A stretch of 64,000 nucleotides of DNA, taken from the NCBI GenBank assembly GCA_002269645.1, contig NIVC01001304.1, forward strand, positions 62,001 through 126,000, written 5' to 3'. Below, piece by piece: positions 51,866 through 63,653 of this stretch. How positions within the stretch are numbered: position 1 is the stretch's first letter; every line of letters starts with the position of its first letter. This DNA comes from Macrostomum lignano. Taxonomy: Eukaryota. Position numbers and translations under genes: made by a program. The notes beneath the pieces are model-generated. The model saw only the letters and a program-made list of their open reading frames with translations. It made no database searches and had not been told where the DNA came from.

Positions 51866-52584
51866 TCACTCCTCTAACTGCACTGTCCGAAACCTGGGAT
51901 CCAGGAGTATGCACCCTGAAAACCTGACTAAGTAAACTTTCCCGCAATGCCAAAAGAAAAAGACAGCAAAGACAGCTCAAATTTATACAGATGCTGGAGA
52001 ACATTGTTTCAGAAAATTCACATCAGGCCCGGTGACAGCCAGATTAAGCAACTACTCAGACATCAAGGTGCTGAACGGTCATTGCAGTCAGTGCACGGCT
52101 AAACACAGGAAAAGCCTGGGTCAAGCACAAACCACTGGGACGCAGGGCGAGAGCAAAGCGATAGAAGGGAGTTAAAACACAGGATCGATGAGTAATAGAG
52201 ATAGATGGCTTAGCGTTACAAATACAGCAATAATAGGTCCACATTCAAGTACTACTACTGACATTTCATAACAGTAGTTAATGAAGCAGGTGCAATATAT
52301 AACTAGCCATAAATAAAACTTATAGGGATGCAGAGGAGAAACGGGGACTGAAAAACAACAGCAAACAGTGAGCCGCTGGGTTCACAGTGCAATTATATTA
52401 ATAAACAATGACTCGCCTATCCAGCAATCTAGATTAGCTATGATACACCGGCAGTGGCTGCTGCTCACGCACTCACAAAAGTGTCTTCTATTCAATGCCA
52501 ATTTGAGTCTAAATGATGCTGCATCGAATAAAATCCGCACTATACTACTAGCCAGCCGCTGCACTATGAGTAGTAAGCCGCAGC

Positions 52585-53003
52585 TCAGCCCGTGTAGTTG
52601 CCGCTCTCAAACAGCTGCTCGTCGTAAAAGTCGGCTCCAACTCGGCGGCCGCCGAAGTACCGACCATCCAGGCCTTCGATGGCCCTGACGGCCTCGGCCG
52701 GCTCGGCGAACCGGACAAATACAACGACGGTGCCGCCGGTCTCCGGAGCAAAAACCACCAGGTTGGCCACGGTGCCGAACTTGGCGCACTCCTCGGTGAC
52801 GTCCTCCTGGAACTGGTCGTCCAGCTCGCTGGCCGAGCCCACCAGGTTGCGCAGGGTTACCACCCGGCTGGGCCGCTGCAGGCGCTGCGTGAGCACCTGC
52901 CGGGCCTCGGAGCCGCGCACTGTCGGCTCGGCCTCCAGCATCTGCTCCGTGCCCGCCGTCTGCCGATCGGCCGCCGCTCCCTGCTGGTTGGCTGCTGCGG
53001 ACT
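52585..53003 (-). CDS. PUF60: PUF60/half-pint splicing factor, last exon (UHM domain)
   Basis: VVTLRNLV..DDQFQEDVTEECAKFG, VFVRF, LDGRYFGGRRV.ADFYDEQLF; CCCTCAG acceptor, phase 1. Confidence 0.93.
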
Positions 53004-53282
53004 CTGAGGGGATTCGAATTCGAGCCGGGAACCGCATAGCAACCAATTTTGAGCAGATATGGACTTACCTGATTGCCTATGGTATGCGGACCAACCAGCC
53101 TGCCTACTATCGAGTAACAAGTAAGGGATTATTTAGAGCGAATCTATGCACTACTTTGCTCAGTAGCTTATAGCTGCATAGACTATCAAGTCCACTTCCA
53201 CTGATATTTTAAACCTGCTTATTATGGAAATATCGACTATTAGCCTTCTTTCTGGTGTAGCAAAAGTAATTCTCAGTGCGAT

Positions 53283-53655
53283 TCTCCTGACTGCTCAACT
53301 ACACATGTACATGATGTACTTCCGTGATTCCTGACTGCTCAACTACACATGTACATGATGTATCTCCGTGGTTCTCCTGACTGCTCAACTACACATGTAC
53401 ATGATGTACCTCCGTGGTTCTCCTGACTGCTCAACTACACATGTACATGATGTATCTCCGTGGTTCTCCTGACTGCTCAACTACACATGTACATGATGTA
53501 CCTCCGTGATTCCTGACTGCTTAACTACACATGTACATGATGTACCTCTGCGATTCCCCTGACTGCTCAACTACACATGTACATGATGTACTTCCGTGGT
53601 TCCCCTGACTGCTCAACTACACATGTACCTTCGTGATTCCTCTGACTGCTCAACT
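53283..53655. repeat. 44-46-bp minisatellite (CTGACTGCTCAACTACACATGTACATGATGTA..) in PUF60 intron
   Basis: About 8 tandem units. Confidence 0.93.
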
Positions 53656-54294
53656 AAATGTTCTCGTACCTCTGCGACCGACCACGCGGCTTATTGACCG
53701 ACAAACCGATAGACAGCTACACGCAGACTTCAGAATGCGAGCGGGCTGTGGACGGGGGGTGCGGGAGGGGCAGCGAGTGGAGACGCGACAGGCTGGGGTG
53801 AGAGGAGAGGGCGGGCCTGCGGGGGGTCTCAGTAAAAAGTGCACCGACAGACGCCAAGTGCGGCGGGCGGCAACGCCTTCGAATTGAAGACTCAGACAGC
53901 CTTGAAGCGGCCAGAGAGGCTGAGCGCGGGCCCACTGGCTCATCAATCTCTCCAAGTCTGAGCACTGCTAAAATTGGAAGTCGGTCAGGATAGGAGAGAA
54001 TAGCCAGTCGGAGTCTGAGCTGAGCATGACGAGCAAAAGGCCAGAAGTTTTGTAAAATAATCAATTCAGCGAGACTCTAGCTTGGCCTTTGAGCAAGCTG
54101 AGAACAGACAAAAAGCAGAAATCCGGCTTAGAAAGATGAGGCAGGTGGCTTAATGGATAGAAATTTAGAAAAGCAGAAACAGGATTCATGGAAGTGATTC
54201 CAGAAAAAGAAATGCGACAAGATATGACTGAAAAATTGCAGGAAGCCTCGATGTAATGGATAAGTGCAGAGTGAGATGACTGTGGCAGGCATCC

Positions 54295-54892
54295 GGATCT
54301 GGGAGGGCGATTGTCCAGCAACTGAGGATCTGGGAGGGCGGCCCAGCAACTGAGGATCTGGGAGGGCGGCCCAGCAACTGAGGATCTGGGAGGGCAGCCC
54401 AGCAGCTGAAGATCTGGGAGGGCGGCCCAGCAGCTGAGGATCTGGGAGGGCGGCCCAGCAGCTGAGGATCTGGGAGGGCAGCCCAGCAGCTGAAGATCTG
54501 GGAGGGCGGCCCAGCAGCTGAGGATCTGGGAGGGCGGCCCAGCAGCTGAGGATCTGGGAGGGCGGCCCAGCAACTGAGGATCTGGGAGGGCAGCCCAGCA
54601 ACTGAGGATCTGGGAGGGCAGCCCAGCAACTGAGGATCTGGGAGGGCAGCCCAGCAACTGAGGATCTGGGAGGGCGGCCCAGCAGCTGAGGATCTGGGAG
54701 GGCGATTGTCCAGCAACTGAGAATTTGGGAGGGCGGCCCAGCAACTGAGGATCTGGGAGGGCGGCCCAGCAACTGAGGATCTGGGAGGGCAGCCCAGCAA
54801 CTGAGGATCTGGGAGGGCAGCCCAGCAACTGAGGATCTGGGAGGGCAGCCCAGCAACTGAGGATCTGGGAGGGCGGCCAAGCAACTGAGAAT
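54295..54892. repeat. 28-bp minisatellite (ACTGAGGATCTGGGAGGGCGGCCCAGCA) in PUF60 intron
   Basis: About 21 tandem units. Confidence 0.96.
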
Positions 54893-55064
54893 CTTACACC
54901 AGGAATGGTTGACACCATTGGATAGAAGAGTCAATACAAATGAAACCGTACAGTTGAAGGCTGTACAGCTGCTCATCATATCCTACGCAATAATGTCTAG
55001 TCATGACGTCATAAAATAAGCAATTAAAGCTCAGAAAATCCACAACGAACAGCGTGTGTCTCAC

Positions 55065-55263
55065 CTTGAGCTGGCGGAGGCTGACCCGGCTCCGCGGCCT
55101 GGGTCCCGGTGGCGGCAGCCGGCTTGGCGGGCTGGTTGGCCAGGGCGGCGGCGAGGCCGGGCATGAGGGTGGTGGGGTTGGTGATGGCCCGGCCAACGCG
55201 GAGCAGCTGGCCGCCCAGGTCGAAATTGTTCATGCTGCCCATGGCGTCAGTGGCGGCTTGGTT
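55065..55263 (-). CDS. PUF60: PUF60, exon (end of RRM2 plus linker)
   Basis: DAMGSMNNFDLGGQLLRVGRAIT; ATCTCAG acceptor; AAG|GTGAGA donor, phase 1. Confidence 0.92.
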
Positions 55264-55329
55264 CTGAGATTCAGGCGCGGAAGCAGGGGCGGTGTGCAGC
55301 GAATAAAACTGTAGGCTGGCACGTTCGTG

Positions 55330-55410
55330 AACTGGTCCCCTGGGTCCTTTGGTGGACTGGTCCCCTGGGTCCTTTGGTGGACTGGTCCCCTGGGTCCTTT
55401 GGTGGCCTGT
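55330..55410. repeat. 25-bp short tandem repeat (GGACTGGTCCCCTGGGTCCTTTGGT)
   Basis: About 3 units in PUF60 intron. Confidence 0.8.
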
Positions 55411-55583
55411 TCCTTTGGGTCCTTCGGTTGAATGGTTCTCTGGGTCCTATAGTGGACTTGGTTCATGCTAACCTAGTCCACTTGCCGCCCCCCCCCCCCC
55501 AATGACCCAGACCATTGAGGTCTTCTAATGACCTTTTAAAGACAAGCCGCTCAAAGTGCATAGCAACAGACTAAAGCTCTCAC

Positions 55584-56052
55584 CGTCTCATACTGGATGT
55601 AGCCATAGCCCTTGTGCCGCTCCGGCCTCTTGGGGTCGGGCACCAGCGCACAGTACTTGACCGGGCCGAATGCCTCGAACACGGACCGAAGCTCGCTCTC
55701 GGTGAGATCCAGGTGCACATTGCACACGTACACAGTGGATTGAAGGCCGCCTTGTTGCACGAGATCTTCAACTAGCTGGGCAGGCTGGGGCACGTTGCTG
55801 GGCCGGCTGACCCGCAAGGTTCGGCCTGTTAGCACCACGCCGTTCATGCTGTCTATGGCCAGGGTCGCCGCCTCGGGCAGGTCGTACTCCACGAAGGCGA
55901 ATCCCTTGTGCCGTTGCTGCACGGGGTCCCAGCCGACGTCCAGGCTGCGCATCGGGCCGAACGGCATGAAGGCGCGGCGGAGGGCCTCCTCGTTGGCGTC
56001 CGAGCCGATGCCGCCGACGTATACGCGACTGAGCAGCAGCTGGGCCTGCGCT
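55584..56052 (-). CDS. PUF60: PUF60, exon (RRM1 and most of RRM2)
   Basis: RVYVGGI, AFMPFGP, HKGFAFVEYDLPEAA.LA...MN.V.L.GR, VFEAFG, HKGYGYIQYE; CCCGCAG acceptor; ACG|GTGAGA donor. Confidence 0.96.
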
Positions 56053-56091
56053 CTGCGGGAGGTGGCGACATGGGATTCAGGGAGCGGTCAG

Positions 56092-56690
56092 AGAGGATCT
56101 TAAGGTGGGTCAGAGACGATCTTAGGGTGGGTCAGAGATGATCTTAGGGTGGGTCAGAGATGATCTTAGGGTGGGTCAGAGACGATCTTAGGGTGGGTCA
56201 GAGAGGATCTTAGGGTGGGTCAGAGACAATCTTAGGGTGGGTCAAAGAGGATCTTAGGGTGGGTCAGAGAGGATCTTAGGGTGGGTCAGAGAGGATCTTA
56301 GGGTGGGTCAAAGAGGATCTTAGGGTGGGTCAGAGACAATCTTAGGGTGGGTCAAAGAGGATCTTAGGGTGGGTCAGAGACAATCTTAGGGTGGGTCAAA
56401 GAGGATCTTAGGGTGGGTCAGAGACAATCTTAGGGTGGGTCAAAGAGGATCTTAGGGTGGGTCAGAGACAATCTTAGGGTGGGTCAAAGAGGATCTTAGG
56501 GTGGGTCAAAGAGGATCTTAGGGTGGGTCAGAGACGATCTTAGGGTGGGTCAAAGAGGATCTTAGGGTGGGTCAGAGAGGATCTTAGGGTGGGTCAGAGA
56601 GAATCTTAGGGTGGTCAAAGAGAATCTTAGGGTGGTCAGAGAGAATCTTAGGGTGGGTAAGAGAGAATCTTCTCTCTGGGTCAGAGAGGA
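56092..56690. repeat. 22-bp minisatellite (GGGTGGGTCAGAGAGGATCTTA) in PUF60 intron
   Basis: About 27 tandem units. Confidence 0.96.
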
Positions 56691-56842
56691 TCATGGGGTG
56701 CTGGGTACCTGTGAGTCAGTGAGGATAATGCTAAATGAAGTGGGTCAGCAAGGATAATTGGGGTAATGAGTCAGAAAGCCATAAATACAATTTGATGTCT
56801 GTAAATATTTTTATGTTGATGAGGACACAGAAAAATTTATAC

Positions 56843-57150
56843 CTTCTCATATTAAGCATCTGCTGGTCCTGGTTATGCTGCGACTGCTTCTGCAAAGCCC
56901 GTTGAATGCTGAGCTCCAAAGCGAACCTTTTGGCGGCCTCCAGCCGGACGGCCTCGTCTCCAGTTGGCCGCTGCACAATGGCGCAGGGCCGGTGCCGCCT
57001 GCCGCAGCCAGAGCCGCGGCCCAGCAGAGTTTTCTGCTCCCATTGGTTGTGCAGGGCGTTGGTGGCTGGCAGGCCGTTGCTGGTCAGCAGGCTGTCTATG
57101 GCTGACCTGGCCGGCCGGTCGGCCATCACACGGACTCGGTAATTATCCAC
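56843..57150 (-). CDS. PUF60: PUF60, N-terminal exon (candidate ATG at 57126)
   Basis: LEAAKRFALELSIQRAL.KQ matches the PUF60 AKKYAMEQSI segment; AG|GTATAA donor phase 2 joins the next exon in frame; start codon uncertain. Confidence 0.82.
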
Positions 57151-58202
57151 CTGCTGCGGAGGCAATCAGCGTTGGCAGATCATACATTAATATACTGGCA
57201 TGAGGTATAAATAGGATAAAAACATAAAAGACCTGCCAACAGGAGCTTCTAGTTGAAACTGCAATAGCAGGCTTTCCACACTGCAATAGCTTTGTTGCAC
57301 AAGCAGCAAAAATGAGCAAACTAATGGCTAATATTTTGACTTTCATTTGCATAAAACAAAGTCATCATAAGCCTATGCCAAGAGCCTCAAGAATTTGTCT
57401 GAAGATGCAAAGCTTTCTAGACTTGCAAGACAAAAGGAGTGTCAAAATGAATAGAAATTTGAGTCATAATAAGCCTGCTCTAAAAACCTGAAAATTGGTT
57501 TGAAATACTAAGCAAAACTTGAGCAGAACAATTGCATTTGAAGCAAGTTTTAAGATTGCAAAAGTAATCAATTATCTTTATATATACTACAATTAAGAGA
57601 TAATAGATATATAATCTGCAATTCTGCCAACTCTGCCATCTCTATTTAAAATTGGCACATTTATCTTTTTCCTTAATTGTACTTTGATACAGTTGACACA
57701 ATTATGAAAAATAGTATATTATTTAGTATATTTAGATTATGCCAAACAGAACAAATGATAGTTGTAAAACAGATTATAATTATGCTACAACTAGGTCATA
57801 ATATTCAATAAAGTTCATTTTTGTTACTAATCAACAAATATTTTTTCCATTTTTTTCTGTTTTTATGTGCAATTTGATATAGTTAAGGGACAATTATTAT
57901 CTGATAGGACCCTATTTCAATCAATATATTTAGTACAGAACAGACTTCTTTCTATTATGTATTTATTTCTATACAACAAGGTTATTAGCAAACTATTTTT
58001 TAGGAACAATGCTAAGGCAAATCAAGATTTTTTTGTATAATAATTAAATTTTTTTTCAAGGGTATCCTGAAAATCATATTATGTGATAGTTGCAAGTGCT
58101 GGCTGCTCTCTTAGTATGTTTATTTGCTTCTGTAGATTGACATTAGCTAGCAAAGAAACTGCAAAAGAAAGGAACTGCAAAGGATTCTGAAAAGTCAGCT
58201 GC

Positions 58203-59230
58203 CCATAGTCCGGATCATGCTGGGTACACACTCAAACAAAAATTAAATAATTACAAATGCACACTTAAAAAAGGTAGTGCATGCCCATTCTCAAAAATAC
58301 ACTGGTGTTTGCAACAATAAATGACCTTTTTTATGTTGTGACAATACAATACTTTTTTTAAATTGCATAAAAGACCCTTATTATTAGATAATTTGGTTGC
58401 TTTTTATGATTTTTTGGTGATACTATTTATAGCGGAAAATTTAAACACACAAAGACCATAGTCAGGATCATGTCATGGTATACGCTGGAACAAAAAGTCC
58501 CCTAAAAAATCTATGCCATTTCCTTTTTTGCATGTTACACAGTTTAAACATTTTTTTATAAATTATTTAACAAATGAGTGGTTTTCATTTAAAGTAAATT
58601 GGCTTACAGTTAATGGCAACAAAAATCAATTTTTTGTTTCAGTTTTTTTTTAGAAAATTACACAATTAGTTTGCGTGGAATTTTAAAATTTTGTAAATCA
58701 CAAATAATAATGAACTTTCATCTTACAAGTTTTATGGTTTTTATGATTTTATAATAAGATTCTCAGGTTATGGCATTATGCCAAAAATTGTTAATATTAA
58801 CTTTGGTGTGAAGATTGGAGTTGGCGTACACTGCTTGGCGTATTTACACCATGGCGTCACGCCAAAAGGTACGCCAAATATATTTTGCCTCATTTTTTAT
58901 GCCAATTGTATGCCAAAAAAGTAAAATTTTCAATTGTACGCCAGAAATTTCTGAGGTAATGTATATCATCCTGACTATGGCACAAAGATTTGTTTAAATG
59001 CTCTTTTACAAGCTTGAAAAAATTGGAAAGCTTGAAATTTGCGCTTAAAAATTAATTTTTTTCATCTTTCACAATGACTCTTATGCATGATTCTATAAAG
59101 TGCATACCAGATATGCACACATACTATTCTCTCAGGAGTGATGCACGCCAACTGTGCATACCTAATTTTGGCGTGCAAGGCCAATGCATACCTGAATTTT
59201 TAGGCATATACTACATGATCCGGAGTGTGG
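58203..59230. mobile_element. Outer non-autonomous TIR element (about 495 bp without its insert), 8-bp TSD
   Basis: Termini CCATAGTCCGGATCATG / CATGATCCGGAGTGTGG (15/17 match); TCAGCTGC at 58195-58202 and 59231-59238. Confidence 0.87.
58456..58980. mobile_element. Inner 525-bp MITE, 13-bp TIR, 8-bp TSD
   Basis: CCATAGTCAGGAT / ATCCTGACTATGG; CACAAAGA at 58448-58455 and 58981-58988. Confidence 0.9.
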
Positions 59231-59923
59231 TCAGCTGCATGAATAGGCCTACCCAAGAATTATAGGCCTAAAACTATGATATTGATAAGGTTGATAAAAG
59301 CAATTTTAAATAGATGTTGAAGATAGCTATATTACTTATAAGCCAAGGAGAGAAATTGTGATAAGATGAAAAACACTGAAACATGTCACTCTAGATTGTG
59401 CTTGGTACATAAAAACATAAAAACAGGATATAATTCTTCTGATAACCATATAACATAAATAAAACTTCTATACTATACATTATAGAATATGATAGAAAGC
59501 AAAGAAAGATAAAAAACAACTCATTAAAAAAGCACTCAAGACCAAGATAGAATCTTTGCATTGCATGGCAATTTTGGAATTGAAACTTGTAAAAAGATTA
59601 GGCCCTAGGCTAGCCTAACTATAGGCCCTACCAACTTCTCTACTTTCAAATGGAGTCAACTTGTCTACAAGTTGACAAGTTGGTGGCAGGCAAAGTGATT
59701 GGAATCCTTTTGATAGGCCAATGCAATTGCATTCTTTAACTTTGTCTTGTCATGTAGTAGGCTAGATGGGGAAAAAGCTTAAAAAATCTCCTATCTAGCC
59801 TGGAAAAAGCTTGTCTGTTGAGCTTTTTCTTATAGACTAGTCCAACACCCGATGGCAGTAGGCTAGATGGAAAAAGCTTAAAAAATCTCTATCTAATGTC
59901 TTGAGGGTTGACTTAGTCTTACT

Positions 59924-61107
59924 GGTTCCTGGACACTTCGTCATCCACTTATATTTCTAGACACTTTGTCATCTTACCACTTTGTCATGATACTATTGTG
60001 GACACATCGTCATCTAATCCCTGGACACTTTGTCATCCACTTTGTCTGAAAAACTTATTGAATAGCTATATGTAACTTCGTCCACTAAGTTGTATTAGTC
60101 ATAAATATAGGTGGCTACACTGAAGATTAACTAACTGATAATTAATGAGGATTAACTACAATGAGGGAAGAGCTGGAAAAGAGAAGGGATCGCGATCAGT
60201 ACAAAATTGAATTCTACTTGCAGTTTGAATACCATACAATATCTTGGAATTATACAATAAAACAAAAATAATAAAAAATTGTAAATATGCATACCTAAAT
60301 AGCAAAATTTAATACAACTTAAAAAATTGTACTGTGGTAAAGTTTCACGTCTGAAAAAAAATTAAAATTAAGAAGGTGAGCACTATCATTTTTTATGTGA
60401 CATGTTTTGCCTTGCATCAGGCTCTTAAAATTAGTAACAATTTATTTGTTTATTAATATTTAAAATTAAGACTAAGAACGGGTCAATAAAGAGTCCTTAG
60501 AGTAGGCCTATTCTAGGTGTACACTTGTGCTCATCTCAATCTCTTTCTCTCTCTCTCTTAAGAGCCTGACTATGCCTGACGCGAGGCGAAACATGTCGCA
60601 TAAAAAATGATAGCGCTCACCTTCTTAGTTCAACTTAAAATACATAATTAATAATGAATACACAAAAGTACACTAGGCCTATTCATAAACATTATTAAAT
60701 CTACATCGTTACAACTCCACGCCAAGGATGACTTAGTCGTCCTTGCTCCACGCATTGTTGTGGAAGCGAAGCTATAATAAAATTACAATGAACACTTGTA
60801 CACATACAGCGTGCATTTGATTTAGATGTTACTTATAGCGAGAAGTTGAATCCCTAAACGTGTATTTTAATCCTATATTTTACAGACTATTGTTTGAGAA
60901 ACAATTTAGGCCTACATGTATAAAAAAAACAATCGAATAACAATTTTACAGCTTCGCGAAATCTTGGGATGACGAAGTGTCCTCAAAATTTAGTCACTTT
61001 GTCATCTAGATTTCTAAAAAAAATTTTGTATGACGAAGCGTCCAAAAACCATGGTCACTTCGTCATCTGGATGACGAACTGGTAAGATGACGAAGTGTCC
61101 AGGAACC
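59924..61107. mobile_element. 1.18-kb non-autonomous TIR element, GG termini, 8-bp TSD
   Basis: 22-bp perfect TIR GGTTCCTGGACACTTCGTCATC; subterminal copies of CACTT(C/T)GTCATC at both ends; GTCTTACT at 59916-59923 and 61108-61115. Confidence 0.9.
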
Positions 61108-62294
61108 GTCTTACTTAAGTAGTAAGTTAGCGGTTTAGCCTACCAAAATAATTTTTTAGGAACTTTGGCCAAAGTTTATATGGGATCTGTAAGCTTATTA
61201 GTCATATTATAGTTGCGCAGTTTTCAACTGGTAGCTGTTCTTTTCACCTAACAGACATGAATCTCAAACTGTTAATCATGCTTTAAGAAGAAAGCAGAAC
61301 ACTGCCTTTGTTTATTTCAAATAAAGTGATTCGAACAAATCTATAATTTATAAATAAGAATCGATTGACACTTTAAATAAAAGTGTAAGCAGCTTAAAGA
61401 CTAAAACAAAAAGGCACTTTTAAATTTAAATAACCCTAGCGTTACACAACTTCTACCAACCAAAACTCTTCTAATTAAAAAATAAACTTTTAACAGTAAA
61501 ACTAATAGCGATTTTGTTGCGGCTCTATAGACTCAAATTACCGTTTCAGAAACTTAAACGGTTCAGATTTTTATACTTGAACGTGCTCTTGACATACGAG
61601 TACAATTGCAACTGCTGCGTTTCACACGGTTTTTTAAAGCAGGGGTACTTATTTTTTGTTTTGGTGCAAAAAAAGTTGTACCTAAAACTGCTATTATACC
61701 TTGATCATTACTCTTGTGATTAGGGGCGAGAAAAATGCAGTTTCGTATTAAGCATTGAGTTTTTAATAGGTATTTGAGTTTGAAGCTACTGCCTACTGCA
61801 TGAGTGAAATAAATTATTTATTACGTTATGTTGAATTTGTATTTTATTTTTAATTCATAAGTTTACTGTTTTGCCCTAATGATGCATAAAAATTATAATT
61901 TAGTAAACTATCATTTCATTAATTTAATTAGTGTAAGTAATTGCAACATTATGTCGTTTTAAATTATATACCATGGAGTCTAGACTTATGTTTAAATTAG
62001 CCTGCATCAGCTTCGTGGTTTTATAATAATATTGTATACCGAAATCGTATTGAAAATAAATATTTTCAATGAAATAATGCAATATTAAAAATCGTTCATA
62101 ATTTTTTGAATAAATTTCACTTTTTAAAGAAATAATTAACTTATGGAACTGTTAATTTTCACTGCCAATTTTCACTGCCAGTTCACTGCCATTTGTCTAC
62201 TATATTATAACTTCATAAAGACACGTCTCTTGAGTATGATCACTTCATTTAATATCATTTAATTTCTTTCTAATAAACTAGTCGGGTTTTTTAG

Positions 62295-62677
62295 CAAACT
62301 AATGTTACATTCAAGGAGCATCTGACATCACACATTGGGCTGTGCGAGCTTCCGCAGCCGGCTCTGGATCTGCTGACACGCCAGCTGGACTGGCGAGACC
62401 TCCTCAGCCTGGGTCGCGTTTGTCGCCGCCTCCGCGCTGCTGCCTCGCGCGACTCGCTGTGGTTCGCAATCTGCGCGCGCCGCGGGTGGACAAAATTCGG
62501 TCTACCTGGTGCCGAGTCGCTCCTCTCGCCAGCGGACGCCGACGCCGCTAGTGAAGGTCGCTTTGGTGGCTGTAGCAGCGGGGGTGCTTTTGGCACGTCG
62601 CCAGTTTTTCCTGGGCCGTCGAGCCCCGAGGAGGAGCTGCTTTGGGGCCGGTGGAAGATGGTGTTTCTCAAGGCAAG
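62295..62677 (+). CDS. F-box protein, F-box-containing exon (start codon not located)
   Basis: Frame not listed in the ORF track: LCELPQPALDLLTRQLDWRDLLSLGRVCRRLRAAASRDSLWFAIC; TTTTTTAG acceptor at 62294 (tentative); AG|GTGAGA donor, phase 2. Confidence 0.8.
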
Positions 62678-63192
62678 GTGAGAGGATTTGCTCAACCCAG
62701 TCAACTGTCAAAATGCCAATCTGGCAAGGTGAGAGGATTTGCTCAACCCAGTCAACTGTCAATATGCCAATCTGGCAAGGTGAGAGGATTTGCTCAACCC
62801 AGTCAACTGTCAAAATGCCAATCTGGCAAGGTGAGAGGATTTGCTCAACCCAGTCAACTGTCAAAATGCCAATCTGGCAAGGTGAGAGGATTTGCTCAAC
62901 CCAGTCAACTGTCAAAATGCCAATCTGGCAAGGTGAGAGGATTTGCTCAACCCAGTCAACTGTCAAAATGCCAATCTGGCAAGGTGAGAGGATTTGCTCA
63001 ACCCAGTCAACTGTCAATATGCCAATCTGGCAAGGTGAGAGGATTTGCTCAACCCAGTCAACTGTCAAAATGCCAATCTGGCAAGGTGAGAGGATTTGCT
63101 CAACCCAGTCAACTGTCAAAATGCCAATCTGGCAAGGTGAGAGGATTTGCTCAACCCAGTCAACTGTCAAAATGCCAATCTGGCAAGGTGAG
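62672..63192. repeat. 51-bp minisatellite whose unit contains the exon-intron junction GGCAAG|GTGAG
   Basis: GGCAAGGTGAG at 62672 + 51n, n = 0 to 10. Confidence 0.97.
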
Positions 63193-63337
63193 GTGGCCCC
63201 CATTTCTTGCCAACTATTCAAGAGGTTATAACTCAAAGGATTCTGAAAGGAGCCATCAAATCACATGGCTGACGTACATGCCGAGAATTACACCGCGTGA
63301 CAACATAAAAACTGCTAATCTGCTAATTTTACCGTAG

Positions 63338-63653
63338 ACTTGTAGGGCGTCAGTTTTGCAAGCAATCCCCAGGCTACAAAGCCAACACCCTTAGGCCTGG
63401 CTTTGTGTCCTGCCACGACTCTTTCGCTTTCGCAACGCGCAGATACTTAAAGAAGAGCTGGTCAACAGGCAGATACTTGGTCTCGCCGCCGTTGAGGCCT
63501 CCAAAATCAGCGAATCCCTCTGGCTGCGACAGCGCCATCAGCGCCTTCGCTTGCAACTCCAGCGTGGCCGTCACCGGCACTGGCAAGGGCCTGCTTTGCG
63601 TGTGGCACTGCCGCAGGGCTCAGCTGATGGCCCTGCGGCTGATGGACGATCCG
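63338..63653 (+). CDS. F-box protein, next exon (possible WD40-like repeat start); gene continues beyond the window
   Basis: CTAATTTTACCGTAG acceptor restores frame with phase 2 (KAR-LVGRQFCK..); AISAFACNSSVAVTGT..GLLCVW; CCG|GTGAGG donor. Confidence 0.7.

Noticed and set aside
53717-54064. 115-aa minus-strand ORF in the PUF60 intron as an extra exon
   Set aside because: Exons at 55065 and 53003 already join in phase 1 and the ORF has no recognisable PUF60 similarity; a minor exon cannot be excluded without RNA data
43586-63192. CRISPR-like appearance of the 28-51-bp arrays
   Set aside because: Head-to-tail units with no unique spacers, no cas genes, and spliceosomal context
62673-63362. 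Alternative GC-AG intron for the F-box gene (AAG|GCAAGG to TTTTGCAAG)
   Set aside because: Frame-compatible, but the GT donor at 62678 with the stronger acceptor at 63337 explains the frame more simply
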